A stretch of DNA of 64,000 bases from a plasmid. The position numbers and the translations under genes are program-made. The notes under the pieces are model-generated. The model saw nothing but the letters and a program-made list of their open reading frames with translations, searched no databases and had not been told where the DNA came from. Every line of letters starts with the position of its first letter. The first letter of the stretch is position 1. The stretch lies in the sequence record NZ_CP020429.2. One strand, written 5' to 3'. Positions 51,134 through 60,472 of this stretch are shown here, piece by piece.

Positions 51134-51856
51134 ATGAAATCATATATATACTCTAGTTTTTTAAAAATAAAAAACACTTCTTATTTGCTAGTACACATTT
51201 TAGCCGCATTATTATTTCCACTACTTTTGTTCCTATATTGGAATCAACGTGGAGGGTTACAAAGCAGGACAGTATTATTTTCTTACTTTCAAATAGTAGG
51301 AGTACTTCTTCCTTTTGCTTCTAGTATTGTGAATATTCAACTAAAAAATTTGGAGGAATCATCTGGTAAATTTAAATATTTGTTAGGGTATTCACAATCG
51401 AATTATAAGCCATTTTTTGCTGAATTGGTATTTTTGTGGTTATGTTATTGTATAGTTTTAATAGTTTCAATTACTATATTTATCTTTTTGTTGAAAACTA
51501 TTGGTATAGTTGTATCTCTAAGATTACTTATTTTGATTAGTTTATTTTATATTATTTTGGGCTATATAGCATATATGCTTAATCAGATTATTAGTTATTT
51601 ATTTAGCACAGGTGTGGCACTAGGTATTTCAATGATGGGAGTCATTATTGCTGCGTTTTGTGAAACGAGTCTCGGTGATAAGGTATGGTTTCTAATCCCA
51701 TGGGCATGGTTTTTGAGAGTATCAGATACACTATTCAACCAACAAAAAATAGATAACACTCCACTTATGATTATATTTGTTATTTCTATCATAATAGTAT
51801 TTTTTCATTTTTTACTATTTCAAAAGTGGAATCAAGACCGCTTGATAAGTGGTTAA
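51134..51856 (+). CDS. lanG: LanG immunity ABC permease
   Basis: 240 aa with 6 TM helices. Confidence 0.75.
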   Translation: MKSYIYSSFLKIKNTSYLLVHILAALLFPLLLFLYWNQRGGLQSRTVLFSYFQIVGVLLPFASSIVNIQLKNLEESSGKFKYLLGYSQSNYKPFFAELVFLWLCYCIVLIVSITIFIFLLKTIGIVVSLRLLILISLFYIILGYIAYMLNQIISYLFSTGVALGISMMGVIIAAFCETSLGDKVWFLIPWAWFLRVSDTLFNQQKIDNTPLMIIFVISIIIVFFHFLLFQKWNQDRLISG

Positions 51857-52254
51857 ATATGTTCAGTTTTCTATCTATAATTAATACAATCTAATTATGT
51901 TTGATTAGGAAATGGCTATAACATCTTATATCCTTGGATTTTATAGTATGATTTTAACATATATTTTCATAGATTTACTTTTAATGATGAAAATTTGAAT
52001 CAATTTCAATAAACTTTTTAAAAAAAGTAATGACAGTTACGATTTAAAAAAATATATGTGTTACATAGGACATTTAATATAAAGTTTTATTTGACTAGCT
52101 ACTTTCTTCCTCGCCGTTTGGAGTCTGGCCAATATAAAAAAGAGAGGCAGCCTTGGACTACCTCTCTTAGATTATAGACAAACTACTTTTTCAAAGGTGG
52201 TTTGTTTTTTTATTTTCTTAACATAATAGCATCGGCTGAATAGGTTTCCTCTCA

Positions 52255-52617
52255 TTATTTCTTTGCCATGAAGAATAAGAACAATGGATTGAAAAGACTG
52301 ATGATGAATAGAATAATACCACCTACAATCAATAAGCCAAACAATGGATAAAAGAAACTAGAGATAGCTCCTAAAAAGAGGCCTATAGAACGAATGATGC
52401 CATGAAGTGTCATAAATAGACAAAATAAGGCAAATATAGCGGTTAAACTCATCGAGAATTTCAACCAAATCAGTTGTGCAGTTTTGCCTTTGAATTCGAA
52501 CAAAAAAGTGGCAAGGCAACAGCCCATGGCAATAAGAACCGAAAGTAGTAGCCATTTAAACGAGGTCCAAGTGCTTATATAGAGTGAAAAGTAGAAATCT
52601 TGTAAAAAATCTAGCAT
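52255..52617 (-). CDS. small polytopic membrane protein (120 aa)
   Basis: Four hydrophobic helices. A minus-strand terminator hairpin at ~52138-52172 is followed by T6. Confidence 0.45.
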   Translation of the reverse strand: MLDFLQDFYFSLYISTWTSFKWLLLSVLIAMGCCLATFLFEFKGKTAQLIWLKFSMSLTAIFALFCLFMTLHGIIRSIGLFLGAISSFFYPLFGLLIVGGIILFIISLFNPLFLFFMAKK

Positions 52618-52753
52618 CCTAAAACCCTCCTAAAAAAGATTATTGCGATTGTGTTTATTTGATTGTAACAGGATTTAAGTAGCTAGACAAGGACAGAGAG
52701 CCCTAAATAGAAGTAAATAGTCAAAATAATGGAGAAGTATGAGTAGCTAATAG

Positions 52754-53662
52754 GTGTCACTGGGTTACGAACGCCCTGTGTTGTTTTATAGAATAGTGGA
52801 AAATAATGTTTATGGAGGAAATCATATGTCAGGTTTAATTGAAGAACCAGTATTGACAAAAAAAGAACTTAGAAAACGAAATAAAGAACTTAAGAAACAA
52901 AAAAAAGAAGAGGCACGTAAAAGTAAACAAGCTAAGAAGAAGGAAAAACAAACACAATATGAAAGTATCGACCTTGGTGAACGTGCCGGAGAGGAATTTG
53001 TGTATGTTCCACTTAATAAGAAGAAACGTAAAGATTTTTTAGACACTGTTGCGATAACTGATGTGAAGTCTATCCTATATGGCTATCCTAATCAACCGAT
53101 ACGATTAGCTAATGGCTATTCAGGATATGTGCAGATTTTTGAGGTGTTTGGGCAAGATATTCAAGCGATGTCTAACGAAGAACAGGCAGCAATTAAAGTA
53201 GGATTCACTCTTTTTCTGTCTGGGACTGCCTTTGACATGATGATCCAGACAACAAAATTGCCAACAGATGTCTCAAGTCAATCTAACGAATTGCTACGTC
53301 TTCTAGATGAAGTCAAACAAGAACAGAACGCTCCAGAATTGATTGTCAATGATGGTGATGACATTGATACCATTTCACGTAAAGAGAGATTAGTTTATCA
53401 GCTAAGACAAAGAGAAGATATTTTGAAAACAAAATATCTCGTCCAACAAGTCATTGCGATCAATCAACAAAATATCGAGTTCTTTATTTGGGTGTTTGGA
53501 GATACTTTGGCTGAAATTGATTCCAATACACGTACCACACTAACGATTGCTTCGAGCCACGGATTTGCCCCTAAAGTTGTATCTGTCGAAAAGAAGGAAG
53601 AGTTGTTGACTCAATATTACAACTTTAATGATTCACTGAATGTTTCGCCTAACCAGTATTAG
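52754..53662 (+). CDS. T4SS-block-2 protein with a Lys-rich N-terminus (possibly a VirB4 N-domain-like or accessory protein). The likely start is MSGLIEEP at 52824.
   Basis: Preceded by the palindromic motif at 52755-52772. Lys/Glu-rich stretch then a globular domain. Confidence 0.35.
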   Translation: MSLGYERPVLFYRIVENNVYGGNHMSGLIEEPVLTKKELRKRNKELKKQKKEEARKSKQAKKKEKQTQYESIDLGERAGEEFVYVPLNKKKRKDFLDTVAITDVKSILYGYPNQPIRLANGYSGYVQIFEVFGQDIQAMSNEEQAAIKVGFTLFLSGTAFDMMIQTTKLPTDVSSQSNELLRLLDEVKQEQNAPELIVNDGDDIDTISRKERLVYQLRQREDILKTKYLVQQVIAINQQNIEFFIWVFGDTLAEIDSNTRTTLTIASSHGFAPKVVSVEKKEELLTQYYNFNDSLNVSPNQY

Positions 53663-53673
53663 AAGGAGTTTAC

Positions 53674-55635
53674 ATGGATTTAAGTTCACGAAAAATCAAG
53701 AAATATATTCGAGAGGGTTATGACCTCAATCTTATTAGTAGGATTCAAAGTGATATTCCAGATTTTAAATATGATGATAGATATTGGAGACAAGCAAACG
53801 GTTATTATAAGATTGCTCATGTTCCATATGACCGATACCCAGAACACGGTTTACCTGACTTTTGGATGAGTGATTTAATGCTCGTTGATAATGTAATCAG
53901 TTTTATGTCCTTAGAACATGCTTCAAATAGTGAAATGTCCGAACTAGCTTCAAAAGCTATTTCGAATATGTTAGCCACTCAAAATACAAAGGCTGCACAA
54001 GATGCCGATGATAAGATGCGTATCAGTTCTTTATTAGACTATCGCGAAAAACTAGGTAACAATGTTCCTTCTAAAAAAATTCACACCCGCTTTTTGTTAG
54101 CTGCAAACACATTGGAGCAACTGGTAGAACGAGAAGCTGACCTCAAGCAACAGTTGAATCAGTATTCTATCTCTTCTTCAGATGGCATGCAAGATGTCGA
54201 ATATCATACAGCCTTTATCCCCGCTTCTCGTTTGGAAGACACCCCACTACGTCGAAAAGGGCAAGCAGCATCCGTCTGGGATTTAGGTGCTGGCTATCCT
54301 TTTAATCATACGAACTTAATGGATACCTATGGTGTTTACTTGGGAGAAACACGTACTGGTGGTGTGGTTAACTTTGACCTTTTGCATGAAGATAGGGAAC
54401 GTAAAATTCCATCAATGCTGATTGCCGGAGCAGGAAACGGAAAAATGAAACTGTTAGGTAACTTGATTGACACCTATTTTGCTAAAGGACATACCATTTT
54501 TAACATTGACCTTACTGGGAAATTAAAAGACCTTACGGAAATGCAAGGTGGTCGATATGTCAAGATGTCTGGGACAAATAATCGAAATCATATTAACCTC
54601 ATGCAAATTATTGCAACGGCTTCCTCTGCAGATGGAGAAACAACAGACCAGGTCCAATCTTTCTATGCCCACCGTAATAAACTACGTGCTTTGGCTCAAA
54701 TTCTTGATCCAGGGTTAAAGAATTCTGACCTCAATAATTTGTCATCTGCTTTAAACGACTTCTATGAAGACCGTAGTCTGTGGAACCGTAATGCAGAAGT
54801 GATGGACCAAGAAGACTTAACGATTACGAATGTCATTCCTGAAGATTATCCAACTCTATCTCATTGGGTAGAACGCTTAAACAAGCTTAAAGAGGACAAA
54901 ATCGCAGAGGGGAATGAAATTGATGCTGCAAGTTATGACCGTCTCTATAATGCTTTCTCTGGTCTCTTGGGAGATTATCGCTTCTTGAATGCGACCTCAC
55001 AGTTTGAAGATTTCTCAAATGAACAAGTTGTGACCTTTGACCTCTCTGGGATTCAAGATACTGAACTTCTTAATATTCAGCTTTACCAAGTGTTATCTAT
55101 CATTTCATCATACGCTGTAGCAAATGGAAGAAGGGTATCTGAGTATTTCCGTAGAGGGATTATCGGGGGAGCTAAGAGCCAGCGACCTCATAGCATTATT
55201 ACCATTAACGGAGCACATAAGCTCTTCAATTATCGTTATTCAGAGTCTCTTAACTTTCTAAAGGATTTGATTGAGAATGTAAGTAGTAACTATTCCGCAT
55301 TTATTATGGAAATGAGTTCGTTAGATAACATCCTCTTGAATGCAAACTCTACGGATGCAGTGGATTACGTTTTAGCGACACGTGCGATTTTCTCTATGAT
55401 GACGTATCGTGTCTTTTCTCAATTAGGTGATTTGACTATCCCTCGTCTAGCGGATGCTTTACAAGGGGAAATGACTGAGAGTGAACTTTCGTCACTTAAA
55501 TATTTAAGAGATGGTGATTTCTTCCTAAATATTGCTTCTGTCAAGAACTTAGTCTTCAACCATCAACTAGCGGATAATAGGTCTTATGGTAAGTATCCGT
55601 ATGATGAACATGTTCGCTATGCATTCTTACCTTAG
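53674..55635 (+). CDS. VirB4/TraE-like conjugative ATPase homologue with apparently degenerate Walker A and Walker B motifs
   Basis: 653 aa. P-loop region LIAGAGNGKMKLL (Met at the Ser/Thr position). ITINGAHKLF sits where VirB4 proteins carry hhhDEAH. Confidence 0.55.
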   Translation: MDLSSRKIKKYIREGYDLNLISRIQSDIPDFKYDDRYWRQANGYYKIAHVPYDRYPEHGLPDFWMSDLMLVDNVISFMSLEHASNSEMSELASKAISNMLATQNTKAAQDADDKMRISSLLDYREKLGNNVPSKKIHTRFLLAANTLEQLVEREADLKQQLNQYSISSSDGMQDVEYHTAFIPASRLEDTPLRRKGQAASVWDLGAGYPFNHTNLMDTYGVYLGETRTGGVVNFDLLHEDRERKIPSMLIAGAGNGKMKLLGNLIDTYFAKGHTIFNIDLTGKLKDLTEMQGGRYVKMSGTNNRNHINLMQIIATASSADGETTDQVQSFYAHRNKLRALAQILDPGLKNSDLNNLSSALNDFYEDRSLWNRNAEVMDQEDLTITNVIPEDYPTLSHWVERLNKLKEDKIAEGNEIDAASYDRLYNAFSGLLGDYRFLNATSQFEDFSNEQVVTFDLSGIQDTELLNIQLYQVLSIISSYAVANGRRVSEYFRRGIIGGAKSQRPHSIITINGAHKLFNYRYSESLNFLKDLIENVSSNYSAFIMEMSSLDNILLNANSTDAVDYVLATRAIFSMMTYRVFSQLGDLTIPRLADALQGEMTESELSSLKYLRDGDFFLNIASVKNLVFNHQLADNRSYGKYPYDEHVRYAFLP

Positions 55636-55637
55636 AA

Positions 55638-55964
55638 ATGGTGAAAGGGGGAAATACAATGAACCTACAGCAACCATATTCTGATGAGGCATTCCAACTA
55701 CAAACTAAAATTCTGACAGAGGATAATCCGCATGATTTAGAAAGAATTGTAAATGATTACTTAGAGATCTTGGCTTACAAAAAGACCTGTCGTGTTGTTG
55801 ATATTACTTATCAGATGCGAAAAACACATCTTTTAAGTAGTTTATGTGGCTTATTTGGAAGTCAGCAAGTAGATGAGTACTCAGCCATGATTATCTACCA
55901 AGAACCAGCTCGATTTGAGTCGAGAATATTTGAAACAGAAGAAGAGCCAGAGGAGGAAAATTAA
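55638..55964 (+). CDS. hypothetical acidic protein (108 aa) in the T4SS block
   Basis: ORF with a coupled start. Confidence 0.35.
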   Translation: MVKGGNTMNLQQPYSDEAFQLQTKILTEDNPHDLERIVNDYLEILAYKKTCRVVDITYQMRKTHLLSSLCGLFGSQQVDEYSAMIIYQEPARFESRIFETEEEPEEEN

Positions 55965-55967
55965 TCA

Positions 55968-56666
55968 ATGACCACACTAATGCAAATGTCACTATGGGTT
56001 AACAATATTGCTTATGACATTAAAACACTACGTTTCTTTAGGATAGTTTCCTTCATTATTAGCTTAGTTCTTGGTTTGGTTGGTTTCTATAGCTATCTCA
56101 TGCTCTATCAGACACTTTTATTTGCCTACGGTGTTCATTTTATGGCTATTGCCTATACACCGTATGTGTTTTGTGCCTTGATTGTAGCCATTTATCAGCT
56201 ACTTACTGGTAAGAGACGTGAACGTATCAAGAAAGCAAAGCGTATCCTTATGTTTAGTCTTCTACCAATCTGTTTGATGAACACCTGGGGCTTTATCACG
56301 CTAGTGACTTGGGGGCTTGCATGGGTTATGGCCAAACTAGAATATAACCATAGAAAACGTGCTGTTAAGATCGTATCATTCTTTTCAAAGGAATATTCAC
56401 CTCTTTTTGAAAAGAGATTGGCTAATCGAAACAACTATTATGCTTATCAATCTGCTTATCGTCTCCTAGACTTGATTCAGGTGTCAGCTTATGAAGAACT
56501 CTTTAAGGAAGAAGTGACGGAAAAAGATTATAAAGCTGGTCTCGTTGTTAAAGAGTTACACCGTACTTTCAGAATTAAAGGTGTACCTTTTTCTAAGGTA
56601 ACTGTAACAGATAAACTTTATATTGCTCCACAAAAAATGCCAATTATTGGCTTAAGGAGGTTTTAA
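55968..56666 (+). CDS. membrane protein (232 aa, 4 TM) in the T4SS block
   Basis: Hydrophobic N-terminal half. Confidence 0.4.
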   Translation: MTTLMQMSLWVNNIAYDIKTLRFFRIVSFIISLVLGLVGFYSYLMLYQTLLFAYGVHFMAIAYTPYVFCALIVAIYQLLTGKRRERIKKAKRILMFSLLPICLMNTWGFITLVTWGLAWVMAKLEYNHRKRAVKIVSFFSKEYSPLFEKRLANRNNYYAYQSAYRLLDLIQVSAYEELFKEEVTEKDYKAGLVVKELHRTFRIKGVPFSKVTVTDKLYIAPQKMPIIGLRRF

Positions 56667-56669
56667 TAT

Positions 56670-57092
56670 ATGGTATCTTATCGTTTTAAACGAGATGGTC
56701 AGTATATTCAGCGTGAACTAGAACTAGATCCTCTTGATGAGCATCAAGACCAAGTCTATCCGGAAAGCCTTGAAGAGCAAGTAGATTATTCAGCATTTTA
56801 CGATACCTACTATGACGGTTTTGATGAAGACAGTATCTCACGTGAACAAGAGAAAAAACAAGGTCTCATTGCGCGTGGGAAAGAAAGGTTATCCAGTGTC
56901 AAGGAGGATGTGACAGACTATTATAATTTGCAAGTGGAACGTCACAAAGACTATTACTCAGATGAAGATTCATTTTGGATGCGTAAGCAACAACAAAAAC
57001 GAAATCGAAAATTCATTAAACAAAGTATCTTTCTTGCCCTAGGACTATTACTTGTATTTGGTTGGTATTGGCTAACCGCACTACTTCATTAA
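56670..57092 (+). CDS. small protein with a C-terminal TM anchor (140 aa)
   Basis: ORF with a C-terminal hydrophobic helix. Confidence 0.35.
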   Translation: MVSYRFKRDGQYIQRELELDPLDEHQDQVYPESLEEQVDYSAFYDTYYDGFDEDSISREQEKKQGLIARGKERLSSVKEDVTDYYNLQVERHKDYYSDEDSFWMRKQQQKRNRKFIKQSIFLALGLLLVFGWYWLTALLH

Positions 57093-57109
57093 GGGGGTGA
57101 CTGAGATAT

Positions 57110-59170
57110 TTGAAACGAATAGGTGATAAAGCTGCTCGTGTTCTTCTAACGATTTTTGGAGTGAAGACAACCATTATTATAGGAACTATTTTAACTTTTG
57201 CGGTTATCTTAATTGCAATTATCACTGGTTTAATGGGGACGATTAGTACTTCCGGTGGGAAAGGTGGCAAGACTAACGCCCAATGTGTAACCTACCAAAA
57301 AGATGGCGATGAAGAAGACGATGATGAAGAAGACGATGATGGCTCTAAGCCTCAATCGACTTCTACTAAAACAGACTCAGCATCTGCAGGCGACTCTGAC
57401 CCCTTTACGAAGGGGACAAAAGCCTATGAAAATGCCCACAAAGTCTTTATGGCTTTTGTGAATGCTGGATTGTCTGGGGAATCTGCTGCAGGTGCTGTTG
57501 GTTGGGCAAACTCTGAAGGGAGCTATGACATCATTGGACGTGCCCAAGGGCATTATGGTGGTGGTATCAATGACTCCATTTCTAAGGGAGCTGTGCCAAC
57601 GACAGGTGGTACATCTAACACACTTGGTGGTGGTGGAATCTTCCAGTTTGACCCCTACACAAAATATGCACCTTTAAATAGTTCGGACTGGGAAGATGCG
57701 GATAAGATGGTTGCCTTTGTTATTGATGCAATCTCAAAAGGTGACTGGAACCCAGCCTATGACGAATCTGGCCATAACTGGTCATTCCAGGAGTTTGCTA
57801 AACAAACCAATATCGATGAAACTGCTATGGCATGGAATGCCTACGAACGAGGTAATATGGCTTATGTCAGACCAGAGCAGAAGAAGGCGGATGCAAGGAA
57901 GTTTGCGGAAGTCTTCGAAGCAAGTAAATATAAGTACGATGATGCCAAGTTCCAAAAGGCGTTTGGTGGTGGTGGAGCTTCTTCCAATAACTCCTCGTCA
58001 AGTAGTCAAAGTTCAGATGATGATGACGGTGACGACGATGAAGAAGATAGCGACAACGAAGACAATGATAACGATAGCAGTTCAAGCAGTTCATCAAGTG
58101 ACTCTAGCAACAAGGATAGCAAAAAAGACAGTGATAAAGACAAAAAGTCTATTGATACTGATAAGGCTATCAAGTGGTATAAGGATAAGCTAGGGAAGGT
58201 CAAATATTCTCGTGATGCTCGTACCGGACCAGATAGCTATGACCATTCATCTGCTTTATACTATGCCCTTGTTGACGGCGGTGCTAAAGAATCTGGATCT
58301 CCAGTAGATACCGATTCAGAACACGACTGGTTGAAAGACAATGGTTATGAGTTAGTGTATGAAGGTGACTGGTCGTCTAAAGATGATGTTCAAAACCGTG
58401 AAAAAGGAGATGTCATTATCTGGGGTACGAAAGGTAGTAGCTCTGGAGATAAAGGACAGACCATGCTAGTTGAGGATAAGGAGAATATTATCCAATGTTC
58501 ACCATCGACAGACGGGATTTCTGAGAATAATTATGGTCAATATCGAGACCGTATTACTATGGACTACGGAAAAGTCTATGTCTATCGTCCAAAAGAGTCA
58601 AAAGACAAGAAGGATAAGGATGATGACAAGGAAGAAGTAGATGCAGATACGTGTGGTGATAGCGATAGTAGTAATCTCAGTACTGATACAGGTCAGCCAC
58701 TTGATGTCCCTTATACCATTACCCAACTTTTCGGAGCATCAGCTAATGCTGGTGGTCCAAATGCGGGTTCAGGACACACTGGAATGGACCTTGCAGCACC
58801 AGAAGGCTCTCCAATTTATGCCGTAACAGACGGTGAAGTAGTAGAGGTCAATGAAGAGGCGATGAATATCGATGGTAACCACGTGATGCACACTCTTCCA
58901 GATGGCACTATTATTTATTATGGACATATGCGTGATGTTCCTCTTGTTAAGAAAGGGGATAAGGTCAAAAAAGGCCAACTTATCGGATATGTTGGACAAA
59001 CGGGAGCAGCTACTGGACCACATATTCACTTTGAACGTCGGAAAACGAAAGTCTTCCAGTACGGTGATTTCTTGAGTCCAGCGTCGATTATTCTAGGGGA
59101 TACCCAACCACAAGTTGGTATGGTGATTGATCCTAAGACACAAAAAGGTGGAGCACCATCTAAAGAATAA
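57110..59170 (+). CDS. T4SS-associated cell-wall hydrolase: N-terminal TM, central domain, C-terminal M23/LytM peptidase, with Asp/Glu/Ser low-complexity linkers
   Basis: M23 motifs GSGHTGMDLAAPEGSPIYA and GPHIHFE. Two acidic poly-D/E/S linkers. A central CHAP-like region is uncertain. Confidence 0.75.
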   Translation: MKRIGDKAARVLLTIFGVKTTIIIGTILTFAVILIAIITGLMGTISTSGGKGGKTNAQCVTYQKDGDEEDDDEEDDDGSKPQSTSTKTDSASAGDSDPFTKGTKAYENAHKVFMAFVNAGLSGESAAGAVGWANSEGSYDIIGRAQGHYGGGINDSISKGAVPTTGGTSNTLGGGGIFQFDPYTKYAPLNSSDWEDADKMVAFVIDAISKGDWNPAYDESGHNWSFQEFAKQTNIDETAMAWNAYERGNMAYVRPEQKKADARKFAEVFEASKYKYDDAKFQKAFGGGGASSNNSSSSSQSSDDDDGDDDEEDSDNEDNDNDSSSSSSSSDSSNKDSKKDSDKDKKSIDTDKAIKWYKDKLGKVKYSRDARTGPDSYDHSSALYYALVDGGAKESGSPVDTDSEHDWLKDNGYELVYEGDWSSKDDVQNREKGDVIIWGTKGSSSGDKGQTMLVEDKENIIQCSPSTDGISENNYGQYRDRITMDYGKVYVYRPKESKDKKDKDDDKEEVDADTCGDSDSSNLSTDTGQPLDVPYTITQLFGASANAGGPNAGSGHTGMDLAAPEGSPIYAVTDGEVVEVNEEAMNIDGNHVMHTLPDGTIIYYGHMRDVPLVKKGDKVKKGQLIGYVGQTGAATGPHIHFERRKTKVFQYGDFLSPASIILGDTQPQVGMVIDPKTQKGGAPSKE

Positions 59171-59187
59171 ATCAAAAAGGAGAAAAA

Positions 59188-60003
59188 ATGAAAACAAAAA
59201 TCAATCAAAAAAGTATGTCATTATTTACTGCATTATGCCTAGACTTGTGTTTGCGAAAAGCTTTCTTATGGTTCTTTTTAATTATGGGAACACTTTTCTT
59301 GAATATCCTTTCTAAGACAATGCCGGGTCAACAAGCATTATTATTTATTAGTGTTATCGAAGGCATTTATCTAGCATCATTCACGTTTAGAGTCATTCAA
59401 AAATACAGAATTGGGAGTGAATTGTTGGTTTATACCGTCTTAATTAGTTTCATTGAGATGATAACCTTGTGTGTTCTTTTGTTGAGGCCAACACAGATTA
59501 CACAGATTACAGAGGCTGAAGTAACTTATATTTTAGAACTATCAGTTATTAGTCTCATTCTTTATGTTGTAGGTTCAAAATTAAGCTTGAACTTATTTAA
59601 ACGTTATCTATTCAAGAATGTTATTGATGTGAAATATCTTGGGTTGAAGAAATCTACTGAAACCAGCTTATATAATGAACATTCACTTATTAATGATATT
59701 GAGTTAACAACCCACGACACTAATGCTCAAATGACAATGATTAATAAGAATGCTATTAAGCCAGAGTATAGGTCGATTGTCGAGGTCACTAATATGGAAT
59801 GTGAGAAAGTAATTGCTCCTCATTATTATAGAGAGGGAACTACTCCAGGGAAGCCTCAAGGGAATATCAAACATACGTTTGAAACGAAAGATACGCTATA
59901 CCATCTTCATTTCAACTTCCATTTATTCGGCATTAACAGTAAGTTTTCACCATGTTATCTTTATTTAATTGACCTAACGGTTAGTGATAAACAGGGTAGG
60001 TAA
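59188..60003 (+). CDS. polytopic membrane protein (271 aa), last gene of T4SS block 2
   Basis: Multiple TM helices in an operon context. Confidence 0.4.
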   Translation: MKTKINQKSMSLFTALCLDLCLRKAFLWFFLIMGTLFLNILSKTMPGQQALLFISVIEGIYLASFTFRVIQKYRIGSELLVYTVLISFIEMITLCVLLLRPTQITQITEAEVTYILELSVISLILYVVGSKLSLNLFKRYLFKNVIDVKYLGLKKSTETSLYNEHSLINDIELTTHDTNAQMTMINKNAIKPEYRSIVEVTNMECEKVIAPHYYREGTTPGKPQGNIKHTFETKDTLYHLHFNFHLFGINSKFSPCYLYLIDLTVSDKQGR

Positions 60004-60472
60004 AACATAAATATAATTATGTATATAAAGGAGATTCTTGAAATATAGTTATATGATAGAATCAAAAACTGCAGAACTTAAAGAAAGACAGGTTATTGAT
60101 GTAGTTAGTGTATTAGGTCTTTTTTACATGAAGTTACAAGTGACAGTAACTATTTTAGGTATAACTATAAGTGATCCGAATACCCTTTTGAGAGGGTTTT
60201 AACAAGTCAAATGTTATGGTCTTAGCAATATGAGAACTAGTATCTTTAGGTTTTGTTAGCTATCAAGGGCATGTAGCATATATAGCTTAACATCTGGAAC
60301 ATTTTCTTTGAATCTGATGTGTATGAAATTGGATTTATATATTGATACTCATAAAACGAATACCCTAGGGAATAAAATATGTAATTTGTATGAGAGTAAT
60401 ACATATTTTATATTGTTGTTTGAAGTATTTATTTCTAAGTGATAAAATATATATAATAATTAATCAAGGAAG

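Noticed and set aside
57867-58203. Minus-strand ORFs with LSLSLSS/HRRHRHHH low-complexity translations
   Set aside because: They are antisense to the Asp/Glu/Ser-rich linker of the M23 hydrolase gene, so repeats of GA[TC] codons create spurious open frames.
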